Shown piece by piece: positions 1 to 8,644 of a stretch of 64,000 nucleotides of DNA (positions within the stretch are counted from its first letter, which is position 1; each line of letters starts with the position of its first letter). Position numbers and translations under genes: made by a program. The notes under the pieces were generated by a model, which was not told the origin of the DNA, did not search any database, and saw only the letters and a program-made list of their open reading frames with translations. The stretch is taken from the NCBI GenBank assembly GCA_016713115.1, contig JADJPU010000001.1, positions 411,762 through 475,761 on the forward strand, written 5' to 3'. This stretch comes from Cellvibrionales bacterium. GTDB lineage: Bacteria > Pseudomonadota > Gammaproteobacteria > Pseudomonadales > UBA7239.

Positions 1-156
1 AACCCTGCCTATATCTGGATGCTTAGACAGCACTTGGATGTGCTCAATGATGGCTTGCGTAAAATTGTTGCCAATATCAGGAACACCCTGCTCATTGTAG
101 TAACCGATAATGTTTTCAAGATCTTCAACAGCTGAAGTTGAAAAACTAATTTTCAT
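1..156 (-). CDS. RelE/ParE-family toxin, 5' part only (gene runs off the left edge)
   Basis: Absent from the ORF track because it is truncated. The reverse-strand ATG at 156-154 directly abuts the TAA (159-157) of the upstream antitoxin. The translation MKISFSTSAVEDLENIIGYYNEQGVPDIGNNFTQAIIEHIQVLSKHPDIGRV matches the ParE-like N-terminal helical pattern. Confidence 0.7.
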   Translation of the reverse strand, partial: MKISFSTSAVEDLENIIGYYNEQGVPDIGNNFTQAIIEHIQVLSKHPDIGRV

Positions 157-426
157 TTATTTGATGCCCAAGCGTTTTTTTACTTCGGCTATGCTCATTG
201 TGTTGCCCTGCTTTATATCCATCAGCCCTTGAGCAACCGCTTTTACGAAAGCCAGTTCTTCGCGACTCTTTTCGTATTCCTCTAAACCTTGCACCACCGC
301 TATACCTCGACCGCGACTGGTCAGCAAAACAGGTCGGTGTGTTTCCTTAACCTGATTGACAACCCGACCAGGATTAATCTTGAGGTCAGTCAGAGGAATG
401 ACATCTTCGGAGAATTTTGTTTGCAT
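157..426 (-). CDS. Phd/YefM-family antitoxin
   Basis: Lies in ORF 157..456. The likely start is ATG 426 (MQTKFSEDVIPLTDLKINPGRVVNQVKETHRPVLLTSRGRGIAVVQGLEEYE), a typical Phd/YefM fold signature. It is placed immediately upstream of the toxin. Confidence 0.8.
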   Translation of the reverse strand: MQTKFSEDVIPLTDLKINPGRVVNQVKETHRPVLLTSRGRGIAVVQGLEEYEKSREELAFVKAVAQGLMDIKQGNTMSIAEVKKRLGIK

Positions 427-559
427 GACAGCCGCCCTATTGTCGTTGACGACCACTTTATAGCACCTGTTAACAACTGCTGTCTAGAAACCTAATACTC
501 GGCTAAAAGGCGAGCGGTCACGCCGTTATAATCGCGCAAACCAACAGCTATTTTTGACG

Positions 560-1222
560 ATGCATATTCTTTTCGGCGGCTCATTCGACCCCGTACACAG
601 CGGCCATCTCGCCAGCGCAGAAGCCGTGCGCCAACTGCTGCAGGCGAGCTGCGTGACACTGCTGCCCACGGCGCGCTCGCCGTTAAAGCCCGAAGTCACC
701 GCCAACCATCACCGCTTGGCGATGTTGCGCGCCGCTCTGGTGGACTACCCCGCGCTGGCGATCGACGAGCGCGAACTGCGCCGCCCGCCGCCCTCCTACA
801 CGGTGGACACACTGCGTGAGCTGCGCCTCGAATTAGGCAGTGAGCTGCCTCTGGTGTGGGTGATCGGTGCCGACACCTTGTGCAGATTAGCGCAATGGAA
901 GGACTGGCAGGCGCTCACGCAACTCGCGCATCTATTGGTGATTGAACGCCCCGGCTATTGCACTCCCAGCACAACGGCAGTCGATGCGTGGCTACGCACA
1001 CAAACACTCGCCGCAAACAGCGATCAGCTACAATGCCAAGCCAGCGGTTTGTGGCTGCGGATTGCATTACCGCCGCAACCGTTTTCTTCCACCGCAATAC
1101 GCCAACAACTTGCGCAACGCAGTTCCACCACGCCTAAACCTGAAGGCTTGCCGACACCCGTTTGGCAATACATTGTGGATCACCAGCTTTACGCATCTGA
1201 CGAGTCAACAGACAACCCATGA
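560..1222 (+). CDS. nadD: Nicotinate-nucleotide adenylyltransferase
   Basis: The ORF-track start at 554 is TTG. ATG 560 gives MHILFGGSFDPVHSGHL, the nucleotidyltransferase GxFxPxHxGH motif. The conserved nadD-rsfS-rlmH order holds, and the stop overlaps the rsfS ATG. Confidence 0.92.
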   Translation: MHILFGGSFDPVHSGHLASAEAVRQLLQASCVTLLPTARSPLKPEVTANHHRLAMLRAALVDYPALAIDERELRRPPPSYTVDTLRELRLELGSELPLVWVIGADTLCRLAQWKDWQALTQLAHLLVIERPGYCTPSTTAVDAWLRTQTLAANSDQLQCQASGLWLRIALPPQPFSSTAIRQQLAQRSSTTPKPEGLPTPVWQYIVDHQLYASDESTDNP

Positions 1223-1980
1223 AAAAGAAATCTGCCACCAAGCCTTCACAACTCGCCATCATTCTCAACGCATTGGACGATCTCAAAGCGCAAAACATTG
1301 TTGCTATTGATGTCTCGCGTTTATCCGATGTGATGGACACACTCGTTATCGCCAGCGGTTCTTCCAATCGTCAAGTGCGCGGCTTGGCGCAACACGCAGC
1401 GGAAGAATCCAAGAAAAACGGCATGCCCGCAATAGGTTCCGAAGGCTTGGACGACGGCGAATGGGCCTTGGTAGATTTTGGTGATTTAGTGTTGCATGTG
1501 ATGCAACCGGAAGTGCGCGAGTTTTATGAACTGGAAAAACTGTGGTTGATTCCCGGCCACAGTGAAGTGATTGATACCCAAGCGGCGCCTACCAAAACGG
1601 CCAAGCGCGCAAAAACCACCGCAGAGAAAAAACCTGCAGCGGAGAAAAAAGCTTCCGCCGACAAAAAACCTGCTGCCAAAAAACCTGGTAAGACAGCGCC
1701 CGCCAAAAAAGCGCCGGCGCGTAAAAAAGTGTCGGACGATGTGATGGTCAACCAATCGGATGCCAGCAAAGCGCGCCAAAGAAAAACTGCCGCCAACGTG
1801 CGTAAAAAAGCAGCCGCCAAACCCGCTGCTGCTGCCACGCCAGCGAAAGCCGGCATCTATGCCAAAACCGGCACGCGCAAACCTGCTGCTGCCAAAACGA
1901 GCGCTACAAAATCTGCCGCCAGCAAACCCGCTGTAAAAAAACCAGTGCCCAGCAAACCGCGCGCACCGCGTAAAGGTTGA
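1219..1980 (+). CDS. rsfS: Ribosomal silencing factor RsfS (IojAP) with a long Lys/Ala-rich C-terminal extension
   Basis: The N-terminal ~110 aa match RsfS (NIVAIDVSRLSDVMDTLVIASGSSNRQVRGLA...GEWALVDFGDLVLHVMQPEVREFYELEKLW). Residues ~111-253 are AKKPAA/KKxA low complexity in the same frame. Confidence 0.9.
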   Translation: MKKKSATKPSQLAIILNALDDLKAQNIVAIDVSRLSDVMDTLVIASGSSNRQVRGLAQHAAEESKKNGMPAIGSEGLDDGEWALVDFGDLVLHVMQPEVREFYELEKLWLIPGHSEVIDTQAAPTKTAKRAKTTAEKKPAAEKKASADKKPAAKKPGKTAPAKKAPARKKVSDDVMVNQSDASKARQRKTAANVRKKAAAKPAAAATPAKAGIYAKTGTRKPAAAKTSATKSAASKPAVKKPVPSKPRAPRKG

Positions 1981-1994
1981 TCGACTGACTTGGC

Positions 1995-2462
1995 ATGAAA
2001 CTCACTTTGATTGCCGTTGGCACGCGCATGCCTGCATGGGTGCAAGCCGGTTACGACGAATATGCCAAACGCCTGCTGCGCGATTGTGCGCTCGCGCTGC
2101 GTGAAATTCCATTGGCGACACGCAGCAAAAACAGCGACACCGCACGCGCCATCGAAAAAGAAAGCGAAGCGATGTTGGCCGCCATTCCCGCACAAGAACG
2201 CGTGATTGCGCTGGACATTCCGGGCAAACCGCAAAGCACTTCATCAATGGCAGACGCTTTGCGTCAGTGGCAAATGCAAGGCGGCAACACCAGTTTTTTG
2301 ATCGGTGGCCCAGACGGGCTGTCTGCCGCTTGCTTGGCGCGCGCGCAGGAAAGTTGGTCGCTATCGCAACTGACGCTGCCACACCCGCTGGTGCGCATTG
2401 TGTTGGCTGAACAGCTGTACCGCGCGTGGTCGCTGCTCAACAATCACCCTTACCACCGCTGA
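1995..2462 (+). CDS. rlmH: 23S rRNA (pseudouridine1915-N3)-methyltransferase
   Basis: A 155-aa SPOUT protein (..[41 protein letters not shown]). Its position after rsfS is conserved. Confidence 0.92.
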   Translation: MKLTLIAVGTRMPAWVQAGYDEYAKRLLRDCALALREIPLATRSKNSDTARAIEKESEAMLAAIPAQERVIALDIPGKPQSTSSMADALRQWQMQGGNTSFLIGGPDGLSAACLARAQESWSLSQLTLPHPLVRIVLAEQLYRAWSLLNNHPYHR

Positions 2463-2472
2463 TTAACACACC

Positions 2473-4386
2473 GTGGCTATCAACCCCTCGCATTACTCGT
2501 CTACGCTGCTGTCGCAAAGCACGGGTGGTGAACGCAGAATTTTTGCGCGGCGATTGATGATCAGTCTTGCTCTCATTGTTTTGTTATCACTGGTGGTACT
2601 GGGGCGTTATTATTTTTTGCAGATTGTGAACAACGAACATTTTTCTACGCAATCTGATGCCAATCGCATTCACGCCATGGCGATTCCTCCTGCGCGCGGC
2701 GTGATTCAAGACTTAGAAGGCACTGTACTCGCACAGAGCAAACCCAGTTTCACACTGGAACTTATTAAAGAGCGTGTGCAAGACATGGATTACACACTGC
2801 GCGAATTGCAAAACATTTTGCAATTGGATGACAGTGAAATTGTGCGCTTTCACGATCGCCTAAAACGCCGCCAGCGCCCCTACGAGGGTGTGATGTTGCG
2901 CGGCAATCTCGACGACGAACAAATTGCGCGCATCGCCGTCAATCGCTATCGACTTCCCGGTGTAGAAGTGACGGCAGAATTGGTGCGCGACTACCCTTTC
3001 GCGGAATTGTTTGCGCACAGCATCGGCTATGTCGGCCGCATCAGCGAAAAAGAAATGCAAAAAATTGAAGAGGCCGGCGAGACCGACAATTACTACGGCG
3101 TTTTTTCGATGGGCAAAGTCGGCATCGAAAAATCCTACGAAAAAAAATTGCTCGGCATTCCGGGCGCACAAAATGTTGAAACCGATGTGCGCGGCCGCAT
3201 TCTGCGCACACTGGACCGCAAAGACCCTGTGCGCGGCGCCACGCTCACGCTCTACCTCAATGTGCGCATGCAGCAGGCAGCCGTGGAAGCCTTGGCAGGC
3301 AGGCGCGGTGCTGTGGTGGCAATTGATGTGAACACCGGTGGCGTGGTCACCGCCGTGAGCAACCCGTCGTTTGACCCGAATTTATTTGTCGCCGGTATCA
3401 GCGGCAAAGATTACAGCGCACTGCGCGACTCGCCCGATCTGCCTCTGCTCAACCGCATCATCGCCGGCGAATACCCACCCGGCTCCACCATCAAACCGCT
3501 GCTGGTGCTCGCCGGTTTGGACGGCGGTTTCATCACACCTGAATATCAAATCTACGACCCCGGTTTCTTCCAGTTACCCGGACAAACACGCAAATTCCGC
3601 GATTGGAAAAAAGGCGGTCACGGTGGCGGGATCAATGCCTATTTGGCGATTGCGCAGTCCTGCGACATCTACTTTTATCAACTCGCCCAACGCATGGGCA
3701 TAGACCGCATGCACGACTTTCTGGCGCCGTTCAGCTTGGGGCAGCCGACCGGTGTAGACCTCAGCGGCGAGCGCAAAGGCGTACTGCCCTCGCGCGAGTG
3801 GAAGCGCAAACGCTTCAAGCAGCCGTGGTATCCAGGTGACTCTATCAACGCCGGTATCGGGCAGGGCTACCACCTAGCTACCCCCATGCAGCTGGCCGCC
3901 GCCACTGCAACACTGGCCAGACGCGGCATTCGCATCCAGCCTCACCTAGTAAAAGCCATTGACGGTGTGGATATCACACCCGCCTACGACACGCCCATTC
4001 TGCTGCGCGACCCACGCCATTGGGATACAGCCATCGGCGGCATGCACGAAGTTGCGCAAGGCCCGCGCGGCACTGCAAAAAAAGCCTTTGCCGATGCACC
4101 GTACACCGTAGCCGGTAAGACCGGTACCGCACAGGTGGTAGGCATCGCCCAAAACGAAAAATACGATGCCGCCAAACTGGCAGAACGCCAACGCGACCAC
4201 GGTCTGTTTGTCGCCTTCGCCCCCGTGGACAAACCCAAAATTGCCATCGCGGTGATCGTGGAAAACGGTAATAGCGGCTCCGGTGCCGCCGCTCCTGTGG
4301 CGCGCAAAGTGTTAGATGCTTGGCTGCTCGGGCATTCTTCAGAATCGGCCGCACCCGAACCCCTTAACAACGGAGCGGAAGAGTGA
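2473..4386 (+). CDS. mrdA: Penicillin-binding protein 2 (elongasome transpeptidase)
   Basis: GTG start, N-terminal TM anchor, and transpeptidase motifs STIKP (SxxK), SCD and KTGTA. It is followed by an overlapping rodA. Confidence 0.93.
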   Translation: MAINPSHYSSTLLSQSTGGERRIFARRLMISLALIVLLSLVVLGRYYFLQIVNNEHFSTQSDANRIHAMAIPPARGVIQDLEGTVLAQSKPSFTLELIKERVQDMDYTLRELQNILQLDDSEIVRFHDRLKRRQRPYEGVMLRGNLDDEQIARIAVNRYRLPGVEVTAELVRDYPFAELFAHSIGYVGRISEKEMQKIEEAGETDNYYGVFSMGKVGIEKSYEKKLLGIPGAQNVETDVRGRILRTLDRKDPVRGATLTLYLNVRMQQAAVEALAGRRGAVVAIDVNTGGVVTAVSNPSFDPNLFVAGISGKDYSALRDSPDLPLLNRIIAGEYPPGSTIKPLLVLAGLDGGFITPEYQIYDPGFFQLPGQTRKFRDWKKGGHGGGINAYLAIAQSCDIYFYQLAQRMGIDRMHDFLAPFSLGQPTGVDLSGERKGVLPSREWKRKRFKQPWYPGDSINAGIGQGYHLATPMQLAAATATLARRGIRIQPHLVKAIDGVDITPAYDTPILLRDPRHWDTAIGGMHEVAQGPRGTAKKAFADAPYTVAGKTGTAQVVGIAQNEKYDAAKLAERQRDHGLFVAFAPVDKPKIAIAVIVENGNSGSGAAAPVARKVLDAWLLGHSSESAAPEPLNNGAEE

Positions 4387-5525
4387 AAACCAGCCCCGAC
4401 TTCATCCGCCAACTACCCGCCACCGGTGCGATCCAGCGCACGCTGTGGCAGCGCCTGCATATCGACCCTGTGCTGCTCCTGCTGCTCAGTGCTCTCGCCG
4501 GCTACGGCCTGTTTGTGTTGTACAGCGCCGCCGACGACCACCTGATCGCGATGGAAAAACAAGGCGGCTTCTTTGTGTTGGGCGTGTGCATCATGATCAC
4601 CGTCGCCCAAGTTAGTCAGAGCACTTGGCGACTGGTGGCGCCGGTACTGTACGGTCTGGGCGTGCTACTGGTGATCGCCGTTGCATTGTTTGGTGAGATA
4701 TCCATGGGCGCGCGGCGCTGGTTGGACATCCCAGGCCTGCCACGCTTTCAACCCTCAGAAATGCTCAAAATTGGCCTCCCCGTGATGCTGGCCACCTACT
4801 TCCACGAGCGCGGGACACCGCCGCGTTTCAAACATGTGTTCTGGTCTCTGGTGATGATTATGGTGCCAGTGGCATTGATCGTGCGCCAACCAGACCTCGG
4901 CACCGGTCTGCTCGTGCTGTCTTCGGGTTTGATGGTGCTGTTTATGGCCGGTATTCACTGGGGATACATCGCCGCAGCGATGGCTGTCGCCGCCGCCGCC
5001 GCCCCCATCATGTGGTTTTTTGTGATGCACGATTACCAACACAAACGCGTGCTGATGTTATTTGATCCCGAATCCGACAAACTCGGCGCCGGCTGGAACA
5101 TCATCCAATCGCAAACCGCCATCGGCTCTGGCGGCTGGGCTGGCAAAGGTTGGCAGCAAGGCACGCAATCGCAACTGAATTTCTTACCAGAAAGCCACAC
5201 CGACTTCATCATCGCCGTGCTGTCTGAAGAGCTTGGTTATCGCGGCGTGATGGTACTGTTGTTTATCTATCTTCTCATTGTCGCGCGTGGACTGTGGATT
5301 AGCTGGCACGCACAGGAAACTTTTGGTCGCCTGCTCGGCAGCACCATCAGCATTACTTTTTTTCTATACGCTTTTGTTAACATGGGAATGGTGGCCGGTT
5401 TGTTGCCTATCGTTGGCGTGCCGTTACCCTTGGTGAGCCAAGGCGGTACGGCTATCATCATCCTGATGATCGGCTTTGGTTTATTGATGTCCATCAGCAC
5501 CGAGAAAAAAAGGCCCGTTTACTGA
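4383..5525 (+). CDS. rodA: SEDS peptidoglycan glycosyltransferase RodA
   Basis: A 380-aa polytopic SEDS protein (NIIQSQTAIGSGGWAGKGW..LPESHTDFI..GVPLPLVSQGG). The start is translationally coupled to the mrdA stop. Confidence 0.93.
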   Translation: MKTSPDFIRQLPATGAIQRTLWQRLHIDPVLLLLLSALAGYGLFVLYSAADDHLIAMEKQGGFFVLGVCIMITVAQVSQSTWRLVAPVLYGLGVLLVIAVALFGEISMGARRWLDIPGLPRFQPSEMLKIGLPVMLATYFHERGTPPRFKHVFWSLVMIMVPVALIVRQPDLGTGLLVLSSGLMVLFMAGIHWGYIAAAMAVAAAAAPIMWFFVMHDYQHKRVLMLFDPESDKLGAGWNIIQSQTAIGSGGWAGKGWQQGTQSQLNFLPESHTDFIIAVLSEELGYRGVMVLLFIYLLIVARGLWISWHAQETFGRLLGSTISITFFLYAFVNMGMVAGLLPIVGVPLPLVSQGGTAIIILMIGFGLLMSISTEKKRPVY

Positions 5526-6574
5526 TGAAAACGATACTAGCGCGCATGGTTACACTCTCTCGTTTCTGCACCGTTGTCCTATTCGGCAGCCTACTGGCTG
5601 CGAGCAATGTGTACGCCGGTGAATACGAGCAGCGCAGCGATGTGCAGGCGTTTGCCGACGAAATGCAAACGCGCTACAACTTCAAGAAAGAAGATGCGCT
5701 GGAAATTTTGTCGCACGCTGAAAAGAAGCAAGCCATATTGGATGCCATTGCGCGTCCTGCAGAAAAAGCCAAGCCGTGGAAAGATTACCGCAAGATTTTT
5801 TTGACCGACGCGCGCGTGGATGGCGGCGTCAATTTTTGGTTAGCACATGAGCAAACCCTGCAAGCAGTTTCCAGCAGCCTGCAGGTTGAACCTGAAATGA
5901 TCGTTGCCATCATCGGCATCGAAACCAGTTACGGCAAAAACACCGGCAGCTATCGCGTCATCGACGCACTGGCCACACTCGCCTTTGACTACCCACCGCG
6001 CTCTGCTTTTTTCCGCCAAGAGCTGCAAAACTTTTTGCTGCTGGCACGCGAACAGAAAAAAGATCCGCTCATACTGAAAGGCTCTTATGCCGGCGCCATG
6101 GGCTACGGTCAATTCATGCCCTCCAGTTATCGCAACTACGCCGCCGATTTTGACAAAGACGGTTTTGCCGACATCTGGGGCAACACTGCCGATGCCATCG
6201 CCAGCGTCGCCAACTATTTCAAAAAACACGGCTGGCAAGCGGGTGAGCCGGTGCTGGCGCGCGCCAACACCATCGCTGGTTTTGATACCAGCCTGCTAGC
6301 GACTACTGGCGGCTTCAAGCCCAAGCTATCCTTGCAAGAAATTGCCGAACGCGGCGCATCACCTGTGGTTGGCGGCTTGGGCAATGCACGCAAAGCCGTG
6401 CTAATCAGCCAAGAGGGCGACTACGGCACGGAATACTGGTTAGGGTTCGACAACTTCTATACCATCACGCGCTACAACAACAGCAGCATGTACGCCATGG
6501 CCGCATTTCAACTGGCCGATGTCATCAAAGCCGAGCACGCATCGCGTAAGAAACAAGCCGCTGCCGCCCTCTAA
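5525..6574 (+). CDS. mltB: Lytic murein transglycosylase B
   Basis: Has a signal peptide and MltB/Slt2 motifs (IIGIETSYG, GAMGYGQFMPSSY, YNNSSMYAMA). The ATG overlaps the rodA stop. Confidence 0.9.
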   Translation: MKTILARMVTLSRFCTVVLFGSLLAASNVYAGEYEQRSDVQAFADEMQTRYNFKKEDALEILSHAEKKQAILDAIARPAEKAKPWKDYRKIFLTDARVDGGVNFWLAHEQTLQAVSSSLQVEPEMIVAIIGIETSYGKNTGSYRVIDALATLAFDYPPRSAFFRQELQNFLLLAREQKKDPLILKGSYAGAMGYGQFMPSSYRNYAADFDKDGFADIWGNTADAIASVANYFKKHGWQAGEPVLARANTIAGFDTSLLATTGGFKPKLSLQEIAERGASPVVGGLGNARKAVLISQEGDYGTEYWLGFDNFYTITRYNNSSMYAMAAFQLADVIKAEHASRKKQAAAAL

Positions 6575-6632
6575 CCGCAATCGCAACAGGCGATCGCACA
6601 GCAAGCCCCGCACGCTTACGGAGCCCATCGTG

Positions 6633-7571
6633 ATGAGCAACCTGAACTGGCAACGCCATTTCCCCTGCAACCACACTCCCACTCTGCCTAGACTCCTCGG
6701 CGCGGTGCTGGTGTCTATGTCTGTCTTAACGCTTACTGCCTGCACTAGCGGCGGCAGCAGCGGTGGCCGCTACGCGCAAGATCAAGACAGCCTGCCGGAT
6801 GACGGCCGTATCCTCGACCCAGACAACATCCCCGATGCCGTGCCAAAACTGGAACCGCGCTCCGCCGGTGGCAATAAATCGCCTTACACCGTGCTCGGCG
6901 AAACCTATCAAGTGATGCCCCAGAGCAACGGCTACACCGCCACCGGCAAAGTGTCGTGGTATGGCAAAAAATTCCACGGCTACAAAACCTCTAACGGCGA
7001 AATCTACGACATGTACAAAATGAGCGCCGCGCACCGCAACCTGCCCATCCCCAGTTATGTGCGCGTCACCAACTTGAGCAATGACCGCACGGCCATCGTG
7101 CGCGTAAACGATCGCGGCCCCTTCCACTCCGAACGCATCATGGATCTCTCCTACGCCGCCGCGGTGAAACTCGACATCGTGCGCAGCGGCACCGCCACCG
7201 TACGCCTTGAAGCCATAGACCCCAGTAACTACGACTACGCCGCAGGAGAGGCCGCCAGAGATCGCCTTCACAGCACAAAAACAAAATCTGCTGCAGCGTC
7301 AGCACGCACAACGAACAGTCACGATTTGCCACAAAAAACACCTACCGCAACCGGCAGCGCTTATCTGCAAGCCGGCGCATTTCGTAATCAAGATTCTGCC
7401 TTTGCGCTGCGCGATCAGTTGAAAACCTTGACCGGCCAAGCCGTGAATGTCGACAGCATCGGTGGCTTCTACAAAGTGCGTATTGGGCCTTTAGACCCCG
7501 CCGAAATTCGCAACATCAGCGAGCTGTTGATGCAGCGCGATTTACCCAAACCACAGGTGGTTTATTTTTAG
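6633..7571 (+). CDS. rlpA: Septal ring lytic transglycosylase RlpA (lipoprotein with DPBB and SPOR domains)
   Basis: The ORF-track start at 6519 overlaps mltB. ATG 6633 follows GGAG and gives a lipobox (LTLTAC). The DPBB core is GKVSWYGKKFHGYKTSNGEIYD..VRVNDRGPF. A C-terminal SPOR-like segment is present (YLQAGAFRNQDSAFALRDQL..FYKVRIGPL). Confidence 0.9.
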   Translation: MSNLNWQRHFPCNHTPTLPRLLGAVLVSMSVLTLTACTSGGSSGGRYAQDQDSLPDDGRILDPDNIPDAVPKLEPRSAGGNKSPYTVLGETYQVMPQSNGYTATGKVSWYGKKFHGYKTSNGEIYDMYKMSAAHRNLPIPSYVRVTNLSNDRTAIVRVNDRGPFHSERIMDLSYAAAVKLDIVRSGTATVRLEAIDPSNYDYAAGEAARDRLHSTKTKSAAASARTTNSHDLPQKTPTATGSAYLQAGAFRNQDSAFALRDQLKTLTGQAVNVDSIGGFYKVRIGPLDPAEIRNISELLMQRDLPKPQVVYF

Positions 7572-7607
7572 ATGTACAGATGACACCAAAAACCCCAAGG
7601 ACAAAAA

Positions 7608-8492
7608 ATGAGTGCTGATCTTCCAAAGTTCAACGACACATTTCTGCCAATTTTAGAAACTCTCAGAAGCGGAGAAATCATCAGCGGAAGAGAACTCTTG
7701 CGAAGAGTAGAAGAAAAATACTACTCCAACCTTCCGAAGCACATCCTAGAACAGACAATGAAAAGCGGCGGCAGGCTAATAGAGAACAGAATCGCCTGGG
7801 GAAAATCGTATCTAAAAAAAGGAGGGATGGTGCATTTCCCTCAAAGAGGCCTTGTACAAATCACAGAAAAAGGCAAAGCCGCGAGCAGCGAGACCTGCAC
7901 CCTTGATGCACTACAGCAAAATGTTATTTCATTTTATGAACCAGAGAATTCCTCAAAAGGAAAAATAGGCATTGAAAACTCAGCAAGCCCACAAGACTTA
8001 ATAGATGCCGGATTTGAAGAAATAGAGAGAAAAGTCAAAGAAGAGTTGCTTGCAAAGTTAAAAGAAATTGACCCTTATACCTTTGAAAGAATCATTCTTA
8101 TCCTTCTAAATAAAATGGGATACGGAGATTTCATAGAAACCAGCAAATCTGGAGATGGCGGTATTGACGGAATCATCAATGAAGACCAGCTAGGGCTTGA
8201 AAAAATATACATACAAGCGAAGCGTTATAACGAAAATAAAGTAAGAGAAACCGACATTCGCAACTTTATTGGGGCGATGAGTGGCGATACGCGAAAAGGA
8301 ATATTTGTTACAACTTCCAGCTTCGACGACAAAGCAAAAACGAAAGCAAAAGACGCACACCACACCATCATTCTTATTGAAGGCTCGAAACTTGTAGATT
8401 TAATGCATAAATTTAATGTGGGCGTTCAAATAAAAGAGCAATACGAAATAAAAGCTCTCGATAACGACTTCTTTGACTCAGAAGAAGTCTAA
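7608..8492 (+). CDS. mrr: Mrr-type (type IV, modification-dependent) restriction endonuclease
   Basis: N-terminal Mrr_N winged-helix pattern (FLPILETL..G..ISGRELLRRVEE..) and a C-terminal Mrr catalytic core (FERIILILLNKMGYGD..GDGGIDGII..IYIQAKRY..IFVTTSSF). The gene is visibly AT-richer than its flanks. Confidence 0.85.
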   Translation: MSADLPKFNDTFLPILETLRSGEIISGRELLRRVEEKYYSNLPKHILEQTMKSGGRLIENRIAWGKSYLKKGGMVHFPQRGLVQITEKGKAASSETCTLDALQQNVISFYEPENSSKGKIGIENSASPQDLIDAGFEEIERKVKEELLAKLKEIDPYTFERIILILLNKMGYGDFIETSKSGDGGIDGIINEDQLGLEKIYIQAKRYNENKVRETDIRNFIGAMSGDTRKGIFVTTSSFDDKAKTKAKDAHHTIILIEGSKLVDLMHKFNVGVQIKEQYEIKALDNDFFDSEEV

Positions 8493-8644
8493 TTCAACTA
8501 AACAGACACCCATCTCAACACAAATAGGTATATGTATAGTGTGATTAATCTTATATAGAATTTACCGTCACTACCGACAGCAGACTATCCGGCAGCCTGA
8601 TATCATTTCCACCACCTAATTTCCACATCATCAACCACCTCCCC

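Noticed and set aside
1549-1980. The RsfS Lys/Ala tail as a separate gene or frameshift artefact.
   Set aside because: The reading frame continues uninterrupted from the RsfS core with host-like codons and no internal start or SD. rlmH follows immediately as in the conserved operon. It is kept as a genuine extension pending ortholog comparison.
7572-8644. A multi-gene defence island around mrr.
   Set aside because: Only one gene fits in the AT-rich block. The flanking genes are core rlpA and nadB, and no methylase, helicase, or other defence partner is present.
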